Shown here piece after piece: positions 26,632 through 34,993 of a stretch of 39,694 bases of DNA. The stretch is taken from positions 1 to 39,694 of IMG/VR virus record IMGVR_UViG_3300045988_158434; one strand, 5' to 3'. This DNA comes from a virus. The notes under the pieces were generated by a model. That model did no database searches. It was not told where the DNA came from and saw only the letters and a program-made list of their open reading frames with translations. The position numbers and the translations under genes are program-made. The number at the start of each line of letters is the position of its first letter. Within the stretch, counting starts at the first letter, position 1.

Positions 26632-27075
26632 TTATATAGATGAGCTTCCTTTCATGTCACCCAACAGCGAATTCAGGTGCATCACCCAAAATCTCAACTG
26701 GCTTGTGATATTGAGCAGATCGTTCTCGGTAGTCGGGTCGAATTTATCGGCATAGCATCCTTCATGGACGAGCGCGATGATTTTGTCTATCTCATCGCGT
26801 GTTTTTGCTACCATGTCCCATGTCGGCATGATTAATTTCTCGTCTTCCACTTTGGATTCAGAAATACACAACCCCATGCTGAACGGAGGAATCATTCTGA
26901 GCTGGCGGAATATCTCGCCCACCTTATCCGTCCCGTCGTCGAGTACCTTGTATATCTTATCGAACATTTTGTGCAGAGCCTCGTATTCGTGCCCTGTCAC
27001 CATCCAATGCCTTCCTTTCACATTGGACTTGGTTACCTGCATTGTAGCAAGTATCGTGTCTAATTCTTTCTCCAT
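26632..27075 (-). CDS. dps: Dps-like ferritin (DNA-protection-during-starvation family)
   Basis: NVKGRHWMVTGHEYEALHKMFDKIY and ...DDGTDKVGE match the Dps HW.V.G..F..LH and D-x3-E ferroxidase motifs. The track ORF begins with TTG; the ATG start at 27075 is used here. Confidence 0.6.
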   Translation of the reverse strand: MEKELDTILATMQVTKSNVKGRHWMVTGHEYEALHKMFDKIYKVLDDGTDKVGEIFRQLRMIPPFSMGLCISESKVEDEKLIMPTWDMVAKTRDEIDKIIALVHEGCYADKFDPTTENDLLNITSQLRFWVMHLNSLLGDMKGSSSI

Positions 27076-27081
27076 TTTCAA

Positions 27082-27327
27082 TCAAATCATTTTTTTCCCA
27101 TTCTTAAAAATCAGCCGTCCGGTTCCCACCCAAATCGTCTGATTATCCTCGGTCTGTATCTTCAGTCCATAATCATTGCCGTTTTTCCTTCCCTTCAAGG
27201 ATGTCAGAAAGAATTTGATACTCATTCCGTTTCCTCCATCCCTCCGGGCGAATTCCCGAATACACCGGTCAGGGACCAAGTCTGTCCGTAACTCGCATAG
27301 AATTGTTATTTTATCCTCGTTATCCAT
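27082..27327 (-). CDS. hypothetical protein
   Basis: ORF with an ATG start. Confidence 0.35.
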   Translation of the reverse strand: MDNEDKITILCELRTDLVPDRCIREFARRDGGNGMSIKFFLTSLKGRKNGNDYGLKIQTEDNQTIWVGTGRLIFKNGKKMI

Positions 27328-27357
27328 GAATTCATCGTTTCTACATCAAATCACAAC

Positions 27358-27600
27358 TCAAAATGACAGGTCACTGTCTTTTATCTGACCTATGTACTTA
27401 CCGTTCTTATCGTATAGCTTGATAACCCCTTTTTGCTTCTTTCCTCTCATTTTCAGCCGTCCCTGCTCATCATACACACGGATATTGTCCCGCTCTATTT
27501 CCACTCGTCCGACATTTCTACCGTCCTTATAAATGGTCTGTTTTTGTGTGGTCGGCGGCGCTGCCAGCCACATCAATGCAATCATTAGAATCGTTTTCAT
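27358..27600 (-). CDS. small secreted protein with repeated (Y/K)D(E/K)xG(R/K) motifs
   Basis: Signal peptide MKTILMIALMWLAAPPT. The start is the internal ATG at 27600. Confidence 0.35.
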   Translation of the reverse strand: MKTILMIALMWLAAPPTTQKQTIYKDGRNVGRVEIERDNIRVYDEQGRLKMRGKKQKGVIKLYDKNGKYIGQIKDSDLSF

Positions 27601-27736
27601 GTCTCTGCGTTTTAATTTAATGATTACCTTCCTTATAAAAGCGTGCCACAGTCCTTTCACACTGCTAAATATACGGAATTATTCTGGTATCGGACCGCCT
27701 GCGTCAGGCCGTACCGATCGTTAAACATCATCTTTT

Positions 27737-28171
27737 TCATATTTCGTCTATTTTTATCAGGCCCGCATTATCGTGGATGTTGCCGATTATTTCGCAACAT
27801 TGCGATAACCATGATGCGTTTTGCATTTCAGCAATAGAGGAATACGGATATACTGGTGCTCTATGGTCATAGCCGAATGCCACAGGATTATCCTCAAAAG
27901 CGAGTCCGCCGGGAACTCGGAAGATGGATCGCACAATTCCGCTATCATCTTCTTTGAATATATCCCCTTCCCAAAAGCTCTTGCCATTCTTGTCTTTCAA
28001 ACCCGTGTACTGGCCGACGGTGGCCGGATCGACTTCTACCGCAGCGACGGAGATGCGGCCGTTATCGTTCGTTGCTTGGTAAATGAAGGTCCGACCTTGA
28101 TTTTCGAGTAGGTATCCGCTCTCCCATTTCCCATTGTCGAGGCTCTTGCCTCTGAAAAGTATCTCTCGCAT
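27737..28171 (-). CDS. YopX-family protein
   Basis: N-terminal MREILFRGKSLDNGKWESGYL is typical of YopX. Confidence 0.5.
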   Translation of the reverse strand: MREILFRGKSLDNGKWESGYLLENQGRTFIYQATNDNGRISVAAVEVDPATVGQYTGLKDKNGKSFWEGDIFKEDDSGIVRSIFRVPGGLAFEDNPVAFGYDHRAPVYPYSSIAEMQNASWLSQCCEIIGNIHDNAGLIKIDEI

Positions 28172-28186
28172 GATTTACAATTTTTG

Positions 28187-28417
28187 TTAGTTATCGGTTT
28201 TAGATTTCTGAATCCCCTTGAGTATCTCTTGCGCCGGGATAAATCGACCTTCCTTTTCTGCGTCAACCGCCATTGCTCCGACGATTGCGAGGTCCATTAA
28301 TTCGGAAGGCGATAAAGTCTTCGCAAATTCTGGTACAGTCTTTCCATCGACGTACCTTACCCCATTGCGAACCTCGCATTCGTAAACCTTCCCTGAAATA
28401 GTTATTTTCCCTTTCAT
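28187..28417 (-). CDS. hypothetical protein
   Basis: ORF. Confidence 0.35.
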   Translation of the reverse strand: MKGKITISGKVYECEVRNGVRYVDGKTVPEFAKTLSPSELMDLAIVGAMAVDAEKEGRFIPAQEILKGIQKSKTDN

Positions 28418-28602
28418 TCTCCCTGTTTTTGATCGTTACGTTTCAATTTAATGTTGATAGGCCCGACAGATTCGATTTGGACAAAAGGCTTATACTGAGA
28501 CACCAATGTGGCGATAAGCGTGGCAACATCTTCTCTATCATCAACTTGAGAATAAAAAGCATTACCGTCTTCGTCTTCTGCAAAAACATATATTTTCCGC
28601 AT
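28414..28602 (-). CDS. hypothetical protein (start at the internal ATG)
   Basis: ORF. This start avoids overlap with 28608..28796. Confidence 0.3.
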   Translation of the reverse strand: MRKIYVFAEDEDGNAFYSQVDDREDVATLIATLVSQYKPFVQIESVGPINIKLKRNDQKQGE

Positions 28603-28607
28603 GATTC

Positions 28608-28796
28608 TCACTGTTTTTCGCCTTTCGGCTGTTCGTGTCTTATCTCCTCTACGCTGATCCATTTTTGGGCTTCGCCCACTTTGGCTATCGCAGAGGTATA
28701 GCCGGCAAGGAAAGCGTTGTATATATCGCGCCATTCATCATGCATAAATCCATTGTCGCTGGCATACTCTCGGGCTGCTTCTTCTGGTGTTTTCAT
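28608..28796 (-). CDS. hypothetical protein
   Basis: ORF; ATGA overlap with the upstream gene. Confidence 0.3.
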   Translation of the reverse strand: MKTPEEAAREYASDNGFMHDEWRDIYNAFLAGYTSAIAKVGEAQKWISVEEIRHEQPKGEKQ

Positions 28797-29101
28797 TTTA
28801 TCCTACGTTTTAACCGTTTAATAAAATTCCTTATATTCAGCGCCTGTTCGTAGTAGCAATCCTTCTCCACCACTATTCTCTCCTTGTAGAGAGGCAATCC
28901 GTCAAAGCCCATCGCACACTCCCGAATCACGTCGGCCGGCTTGATCTCGCCTGTTTTGTAGTTGAAAGAGAACAGAGTGTGCCCCGGTACCTTCTTCATG
29001 CGTCCGATCAGCTTCAACTCTTGCTGCTTTTTGATTTGGGCCTCGATGCGGGATTGTTCTCTTTTATCCCAAACTATGTCTGCATCAGGGATCATTTTCA
29101 T
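28793..29101 (-). CDS. hypothetical protein
   Basis: ORF. Confidence 0.35.
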   Translation of the reverse strand: MKMIPDADIVWDKREQSRIEAQIKKQQELKLIGRMKKVPGHTLFSFNYKTGEIKPADVIRECAMGFDGLPLYKERIVVEKDCYYEQALNIRNFIKRLKRRIK

Positions 29102-29322
29102 AGTTCATCACGCCTAAGAGCCATCATACAATCGAAACAGAAAAATCCACCAACAGCATCTATGATATCATCCGGCAATTCTTCTTCCGATTCAAAATCA
29201 CCTTCAACACATTCAGAACCAGTCGGTATACGTTCGTGGCGTTCCCTATACTTTTTGCCATTAAACAGAATGTCTGTCGTCCAGCCGTCTTGTGTGATTT
29301 CAATGTTAATTTTGTTTTTCAT
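29098..29322 (-). CDS. hypothetical Cys-containing small protein
   Basis: ORF. Confidence 0.35.
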   Translation of the reverse strand: MKNKINIEITQDGWTTDILFNGKKYRERHERIPTGSECVEGDFESEEELPDDIIDAVGGFFCFDCMMALRRDEL

Positions 29323-29360
29323 AGCTCATTCTTTAAAGTGTTTAATGTTTTTTAATGTTT

Positions 29361-29423
29361 CAGTTATTAAGAATTACTTAATAACTGGCAGATTTTCAGT
29401 TGTCAATTATTATTTGACAACTG
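29361..29423. promoter_or_regulatory. twin 27-bp palindromes with shared CAGTT...AACTG half-sites (putative operators)
   Basis: cagttattaag-N5-cttaataactg (29361-29387) and cagttgtcaa-N7-ttgacaactg (29397-29423), 9 bp apart in the 114-bp intergenic gap. A tttaatgttt direct repeat (29341-29360) is adjacent. Confidence 0.45.
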
Positions 29424-29436
29424 GAGGATGAAGCTG

Positions 29437-30081
29437 TCATTTATCCCGCACGCAACGCACGCTGAAGCCGAGGGTGATAAGGTTGATTTCCAACGGGCTG
29501 ACGCCGATCGAGCCTAAATGTAGTCTACCCGCATAGTCGCCTCTTTCGTCGTCCATCGACGAGGACCAATAGTAGCCGGTGAGACTCGTGCCGGCCAACT
29601 TTGCGCAATAGCCGAGGTCATTAGAATAGCCGAAGCCCGCAGCAGGCAGAAACAACGAGCCCTTGTGGTCTGTATCATGGTTACCTCCGAACCAACGGCC
29701 CTTAAGCTCATCGTCCCAAGTCGAGCCGAGATCGCATAATGCCTTCAATTCCTCCCGGGTCGGCAAGCGCTTCCCGACAGACTTCGCGGCATCCATTGCA
29801 TCCTCCCATGTGTAGTAATGGCGGCCGTCCTTCTCGTAACCGCCGATGGCCAAATTCTCTGTGTCCCACAGCAGGCCGCAAAGCTCTATGGAGTCGGACT
29901 CGGGATCGGACGCAGAATCGGCCGCAACCGGATTATCCTCCCTCCATTGAGCGCCGGTAATGAACCCGTCTATCCATTCATTGTGGCAAGCTTTATCTAT
30001 CATGTTGTAGATGGTCTTATCGTAATCCTCACCCAAACGAATCGGGCACAGTGCCTCGGCTACTTCACGTAATGTTTTCAT
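29437..30081 (-). CDS. Fibrobacter succinogenes major paralogous domain (Fib_succ_major) protein
   Basis: The C-terminal half, ...GKRLPTREELKAL...LPAAGFGYSN...GYYWSSS...GFSVRCVRDK, matches the TIGR02145-type signature. Confidence 0.5.
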   Translation of the reverse strand: MKTLREVAEALCPIRLGEDYDKTIYNMIDKACHNEWIDGFITGAQWREDNPVAADSASDPESDSIELCGLLWDTENLAIGGYEKDGRHYYTWEDAMDAAKSVGKRLPTREELKALCDLGSTWDDELKGRWFGGNHDTDHKGSLFLPAAGFGYSNDLGYCAKLAGTSLTGYYWSSSMDDERGDYAGRLHLGSIGVSPLEINLITLGFSVRCVRDK

Positions 30082-30302
30082 AATCGTCTCAATTTTTCAA
30101 TTTCCCTATTCTTGTCATCGATTACCTTGCGGGCTATTTCCTCGCGCTGCTTCGACTCGTCGAGGCAGATTTTCAGTTTGGCTATTTCTGCCTTCAGTTG
30201 ACGGATTTCCTCTTGGTATTCGTTTTCCGGACCGTATCTCCACTCAGGGAAAGAGTCGTCTGTTTGTAGGTAGCTCATACCTAATCCTGTCATCAGTTTC
30301 AT
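30078..30302 (-). CDS. hypothetical coiled-coil protein
   Basis: ORF; heptad-like EIRQLKAEIAKLK. Confidence 0.35.
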   Translation of the reverse strand: MKLMTGLGMSYLQTDDSFPEWRYGPENEYQEEIRQLKAEIAKLKICLDESKQREEIARKVIDDKNREIEKLRRL

Positions 30303-30303
30303 A

Positions 30304-31188
30304 TTATCGACTTAATTTCTCGTAAGCGTTGATCGTCTCGAATATCCGCAGCGCTACCTGCGGCACTATGGCGTTGCCGTAGGCTTTGACGGATTCCCTG
30401 CACCATGCAGGAAAGGTAACTCCGTCCAATCCGGCGGAAAGCCCATCATCTCTGCTAAGAACCGGGGATTGAGTCGGAAACCCGCTCCAGTCCGGTATTC
30501 GTCGCTCCGCATAGCCGTTTTCACCATTCCGCCATCTCTTTTGGCCTGACTCGGCGGGAGTGAAACGTTCCTCGCGTCGTTGGCTGTCGGCGTATGCAGG
30601 AGCCGCATCGGCATGAAGACCGTCTTCCCTTTGACACATATCTTCAGACCCTGAGTCTGCTCGGTGGGCAACAAACCACACCCTGTCCCTGCGATGGGGA
30701 GCGTCGACACCGCAAGCCGGAAGTACGAACGGTTGGACTTCGTAGCCCTCATTTTCCATGTCAGAACACACCTGCTCGAAAACCAGTCCCTCCGACCAAT
30801 CAATAATTCCGGGAACGTTTTCGCCCACGACCCAGCGGGGACGAATCTCCCGAATAGCTCCAAGCATCTCCGGCCAGAGATAGCGGTCATCTCCCGTGCC
30901 TTTTCTCTTACCGGCGACGCTGAACGGCTGGCACAGCTACGGGAACCCTCCGGTAAGGACAATGTCCTCATTCCTCCAGAGGGTTCCGTATCGTTTTGAA
31001 AGTTCAACGTCAATTGTCTCATAAGTCAAGGTGTGTATATCATCGTGATGGTATGCTTCGGGAAAGTGATACTGTAGTACCCGCCGACAAAAATTGTCTA
31101 TTTCACAAGTAACGAGCGTCCTCCATCCCGCCCAATGCGCGGCGAGGGCAAATCCTCCTATTCCCGAAAATAAATCTATGTGTATCAT
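30304..31188 (-). pseudogene. C5-cytosine DNA methyltransferase in one reading frame, interrupted by a single in-frame TAG inside the catalytic PCQ motif
   Basis: Motif I DLFSGIGG (ORF 30937..31188) ends ...GGFP, then TAG (30934-30936), then LCQPFS...ENV...QPFVLPACGVDAPHRRDRVWFV...GNAIVPQVA (ORF 30304..30867). All parts are in the same frame. Confidence 0.6.
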
Positions 31189-31586
31189 TTTCTTCGTTCA
31201 ATTTGATGCCTTCGCGTGTGTTCCGCTTTTGGGAAGCAAACTAAATTATCCCGGCGATTATCGGATTTATCCCCGTTGATATGATGGACATCCCAACCGT
31301 CCGGTATATCGCATATTTCTTTTTCCCAAACGTAACGATGCATCAAACATCTGTCATCGGTAGTTAAAGCATAATAACCATGATTCCGCAGGGTGAATTT
31401 TTTGCCATCGTAAATTTGGTAGTCAGAAGGTGCAGGAGTTCGCAACTTTAACCCTCGCTTTTTGAATGCCTTATATACACATTGCCTTGTAACGCCTATG
31501 CTCTTGGCTGTTTCTGCCAACGACATCCCTTTTGCGTACATCTCGACATATGCCTTGTCGTATATTGAATTTCTATGCGCTCCCAT
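31185..31586 (-). CDS. HNH endonuclease with an N-terminal HTH
   Basis: HRYVWEKEICDIPDGWDVHHINGDKSDNRRDNL is an HNH motif; MSLAETAKSIGVTRQCVYKAFKK is an HTH. Confidence 0.7.
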   Translation of the reverse strand: MGAHRNSIYDKAYVEMYAKGMSLAETAKSIGVTRQCVYKAFKKRGLKLRTPAPSDYQIYDGKKFTLRNHGYYALTTDDRCLMHRYVWEKEICDIPDGWDVHHINGDKSDNRRDNLVCFPKAEHTRRHQIERRK

Positions 31587-31589
31587 AAT

Positions 31590-32042
31590 TCAACAGTTTT
31601 TCAATGCCATTTCAAGTCTTGATTCAGTGGATTTACATTCGCCGGAATAGGCGCGTGAGAACTCGATGAACTCCGAAAGGAGGCCACAGGAAAGAATGAA
31701 CGCATAAGCCTCATTCTTGGGGTTCATTTCGATCTGGAATTTAGAATAGATGGATTCGCTCGTCTCGTGAGCCGGACGGTTTGATCTGGATGTAGTTTTC
31801 CCATTCAAACGCTTTTTCTCTGTGCAAGTCATAACAGATAATAGTGTTTGTTTAGTGGCATGAAAAAACGGCGCCACTGACCCGTTGACTTGCACCTTGA
31901 AGGCAGTCGGGCCATTAAGCACCGACACGGGGGTAGCGCCGTGTATATGCAGCGACAGGGCATAAAAAATGCCCGCTGCGAACAGGCAGAATATTCTGCC
32001 TTCAAGTATGCAAGTCGCTACAAATATACTCCAGTTTTTCAT
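31590..32042 (-). CDS. hypothetical protein (hydrophobic N-terminus)
   Basis: ORF. Confidence 0.3.
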   Translation of the reverse strand: MKNWSIFVATCILEGRIFCLFAAGIFYALSLHIHGATPVSVLNGPTAFKVQVNGSVAPFFHATKQTLLSVMTCTEKKRLNGKTTSRSNRPAHETSESIYSKFQIEMNPKNEAYAFILSCGLLSEFIEFSRAYSGECKSTESRLEMALKNC

Positions 32043-32124
32043 TTTTACAAAATTTATCGGTTTCTCTTATGCCATTCTGCGGCCAGATCGAAGCCGCCGA
32101 CACCGGAAAAAAGAGATGCGTGGG

Positions 32125-32334
32125 TCATGGCTTCAGCTTGTAATGCCCCCTGTCGTTTCGTATCAAGACCCCCTTTCGTACCAGTCGCAAGCAGATAGGG
32201 GAAGCCCAACAGCTATGGTGCGCTCCTCTATATCCGAAGGTTCGAGCGTGTTCCAAACCTATTGCCGACGGAGACACATAATCTTTGTCTTTGAGGTAGG
32301 CTATTATCCACTCCTCGTTTTTCGTCAGTTTCAT
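32125..32334 (-). CDS. hypothetical small protein (possible winged helix)
   Basis: The ORF-track version starts with TTG at 32406; the internal ATG at 32334 is used here. Confidence 0.25.
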   Translation of the reverse strand: MKLTKNEEWIIAYLKDKDYVSPSAIGLEHARTFGYRGAHHSCWASPICLRLVRKGVLIRNDRGHYKLKP

Positions 32335-32365
32335 TTCCTTCAAGTTTTTAAAGACAGATTTTAGT

Positions 32366-33361
32366 CTATTCCCTGAACCCTCGTATTCGGCCTTCTTTGG
32401 TGGCAATTTTCAATTTTCTCTGTTTGATGATATAATCCCTACCCTCGAATGCCAAAAGCGTAAAATAGGCGCTTCTATTTCGTTTTGTGGCCCCCTTGTT
32501 GCACATGGCTATAAGTAGCCGCTTCAAATCGTCCGGAGTCATGCGCTCGAAAATCCCCAGTATCTGACGGTCTGTCAACGGAAACTCCATGAGCGCCACC
32601 GAGGGCGTATACTGGGCTATCCACTCTCTCACGTTTTTCACGATCAGTTTTTTCGACGACTCCGCCCATCTCTCCATACCGTCCTCGCCTTCCTCGCGCG
32701 CGCACGAAGTGTTCTGTATATTTTTCAGTTTATACTGTGTGTGTGTATTATTCTTTTCTTTCTTATAATTCTTTATATATTGGTCATCTTTCGTTGTTGC
32801 CTTCGCGTTTCCTTCATGCTCGACATATCGTTTCCTTCGATCTTCGCACACCCCCTCTATTCCTACTGTTCCACAGTCATTTAAGCTTACACCTTCTGTT
32901 TCCTTCGTGTCAAGCGTTTCACTACCTTTCATTATCCCGCCATTGTTTCCTTCATAAAAGGAATTTCCTTCGTAGTTATTCGGGTCCTGATAATAATCGT
33001 ATTTACAGATAGTTACAATCATTCCGCCCGTTTCCTTCGTAACGGTAGCGACGCCTGCATCTCTCATCCGCCGGATGGATTTCGAGAGCTGAGATTTCGA
33101 GTATTTCATCTTCCTGAAACCGACTTTCCAACTCAAATCTTCCTGTATGTCCTCCAGCCGGAAGAACCCCGATCCCCGAGGCATAAGGTCGTGCTTATAG
33201 TAGTTTACACTTCGCAGAAAGTATTGCCACAGTTCTCTGTCTACCGGCGGATTGTGCGCCATGCTCCCCTCCTGTATGCACCGCGGCTGCAATATGTATC
33301 CCCCCTTTATCATGTCTCCTAAATTTTTATCTTCGTCAAAGGCTTGCCAGGTATCTCCCAT
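32366..33361 (-). CDS. putative DNA-binding / replication-initiation-like protein
   Basis: 331 aa, the largest early protein, with wHTH-like segments. No firm motif was found. Confidence 0.3.
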   Translation of the reverse strand: MGDTWQAFDEDKNLGDMIKGGYILQPRCIQEGSMAHNPPVDRELWQYFLRSVNYYKHDLMPRGSGFFRLEDIQEDLSWKVGFRKMKYSKSQLSKSIRRMRDAGVATVTKETGGMIVTICKYDYYQDPNNYEGNSFYEGNNGGIMKGSETLDTKETEGVSLNDCGTVGIEGVCEDRRKRYVEHEGNAKATTKDDQYIKNYKKEKNNTHTQYKLKNIQNTSCAREEGEDGMERWAESSKKLIVKNVREWIAQYTPSVALMEFPLTDRQILGIFERMTPDDLKRLLIAMCNKGATKRNRSAYFTLLAFEGRDYIIKQRKLKIATKEGRIRGFRE

Positions 33362-33537
33362 ACCTTGCCATACCGATTGCTCACTGCTAACACCAATCCG
33401 TTCTCCCGGATAATCTCGCGCCCCTCTCTCGCGCTTATAATGCTATGGTAATGGGGATATATTATTTCCCATACTTCCGTTACATCATCCGGCATTCCCT
33501 TCGGGTTAACATAGTATTTGGCAATTATGAACTTCAT
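33319..33537 (-). CDS. hypothetical protein
   Basis: ORF. Confidence 0.3.
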   Translation of the reverse strand: MKFIIAKYYVNPKGMPDDVTEVWEIIYPHYHSIISAREGREIIRENGLVLAVSNRYGKVWEIPGKPLTKIKI

Positions 33538-33668
33538 CGTTTCTACATCAAATCACGACACGTGATGCACGCAAATTTTCTCGCTATGTACCGGAGATAG
33601 CATTTTGATTACAGGGCAATACCCTATCCCCTGCTCCACGTCTTGGATGAATCGGCATGTCTCGCATT

Positions 33669-33950
33669 TTACTTTCGCCCTCTCACCCATTTTACGTATT
33701 CTTCCTCCCTTTCTCTTCTCCACCATTCTAATAATTCCTCATCTTCTTTGGCTTCTTGCTCCCTTTGTGCGTTGGTGTACGAGTGGGCCGCAATCATTGC
33801 GATTATGGGAGACAATACGATGAACAGCAGCCCTATAATATGAGTACAGATAACGAATATTATCTCTCTTACCGGGTCCTTTTCGCTCCAATCCGCCCAC
33901 TGCGCGAATTTGTCGAAGCACTTGTCTATTGTTTTGGGTTCTCCTTCCAT
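33669..33950 (-). CDS. small membrane protein (one transmembrane helix)
   Basis: IIFVICTHIIGLLFIVLSPIIAMIAA. The start is the internal ATG. Confidence 0.3.
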   Translation of the reverse strand: MEGEPKTIDKCFDKFAQWADWSEKDPVREIIFVICTHIIGLLFIVLSPIIAMIAAHSYTNAQREQEAKEDEELLEWWRREREEEYVKWVRGRK

Positions 33951-33951
33951 G

Positions 33952-34152
33952 TCAGTATTCTTTATCCAGTTTTTTCCGTATTCTCGCCGAAGGCAGGACG
34001 GGATATTGGGATATGTCGACAAACAGCACCCCATCTATATTTTCGGCTTTTATCTTTCCTAATGCTATTCTTTTCTTGACGCCGTTATAGGTTATTCCGG
34101 ACATCATGGCGTAAGTTTTCAGCCGGATCAGAACTTTCTCATCTTCCATCAT
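33952..34152 (-). CDS. small HTH protein (Xis/MerR-like)
   Basis: AMMSGITYNGVKKRIALGKI is a helix-turn-helix. Confidence 0.4.
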   Translation of the reverse strand: MMEDEKVLIRLKTYAMMSGITYNGVKKRIALGKIKAENIDGVLFVDISQYPVLPSARIRKKLDKEY

Positions 34153-34988
34153 TCATTCGTAATTTTTGCTACTATTTCGTCTACTTCCTTTTTTTCCGCC
34201 TCTTTGGCATCGACGCCATCCACATATATCGGATCGCAGGACTCTATGTCTTCGGAACTGGGAACGGATTGGTCGAATTTCAGCGCCGCCGTTATCTTGG
34301 GTTGCTGTTGGGGGTTGATCGGGCACCACTTTTTAATAATGCTTTTCAACACCGTCTTTTGCCCCATAGCTACGAAATCCGTTTGCCACAATCCATTCTC
34401 CCTGTAGAATGATTTGGAATACTTTGCCCCGTGAGTCTTGCATTCGTCCACCGTCATGTACAGATAGAAGTCCGCACCGGTCATCAGCTTCAGGTAAGAG
34501 ACGAATCCGTTCAGTATCGACCTGTCCGGATTGTTTAGATTGAATCGCATGTCGCCCGTAAAGGGATTTATTGCCTCGATGTCCCCTTCGTACACGTTAG
34601 CCACATTGATACGCGCTACGTTGCCCGTCCTGTGGGCGAGTTGCACATATCCGTTCTTCATTATCTGGAACTGCGCGACTCCACCGTAGGGAACCAATGC
34701 CGCCTGTCCCAGATTGGTATCTATCGACAGATTCGTATACGCCGCAACCAAAGAGGACCGGATAATCGATGTGGGATCGGCTTTCATCAGCAGCTTATTG
34801 TTTGTCGTGGCCGACAATATCGACTGCATAAAAGAGGGTGCGTACTCCCCCAACATCATCTCGAACCGCTTTTTGGTTTCCTCGTGGAACAGCGTTTTTT
34901 TTAGCTGCGTTAAAAACGATTGAGAGGCTATATACGGAGATCTCGACCTTCCCATCGAGGCCCGTGCCAATTCTTTTTCAGTTTCCAT
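34149..34988 (-). CDS. recT: RecT-family single-strand annealing recombinase
   Basis: AALVPYGGVAQFQIMKNGYVQLAHRTGNVARINVANVYEGD is the RecT core. Confidence 0.75.
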   Translation of the reverse strand: METEKELARASMGRSRSPYIASQSFLTQLKKTLFHEETKKRFEMMLGEYAPSFMQSILSATTNNKLLMKADPTSIIRSSLVAAYTNLSIDTNLGQAALVPYGGVAQFQIMKNGYVQLAHRTGNVARINVANVYEGDIEAINPFTGDMRFNLNNPDRSILNGFVSYLKLMTGADFYLYMTVDECKTHGAKYSKSFYRENGLWQTDFVAMGQKTVLKSIIKKWCPINPQQQPKITAALKFDQSVPSSEDIESCDPIYVDGVDAKEAEKKEVDEIVAKITNE

Positions 34989-34993
34989 AGCCG

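Noticed and set aside
30934-30936. Genome-wide TAG (amber) recoding as in some Bacteroidales phages
   Set aside because: Terminase, capsid, tape measure and fibre genes are uninterrupted in the standard code. Only the methyltransferase carries an in-frame TAG.
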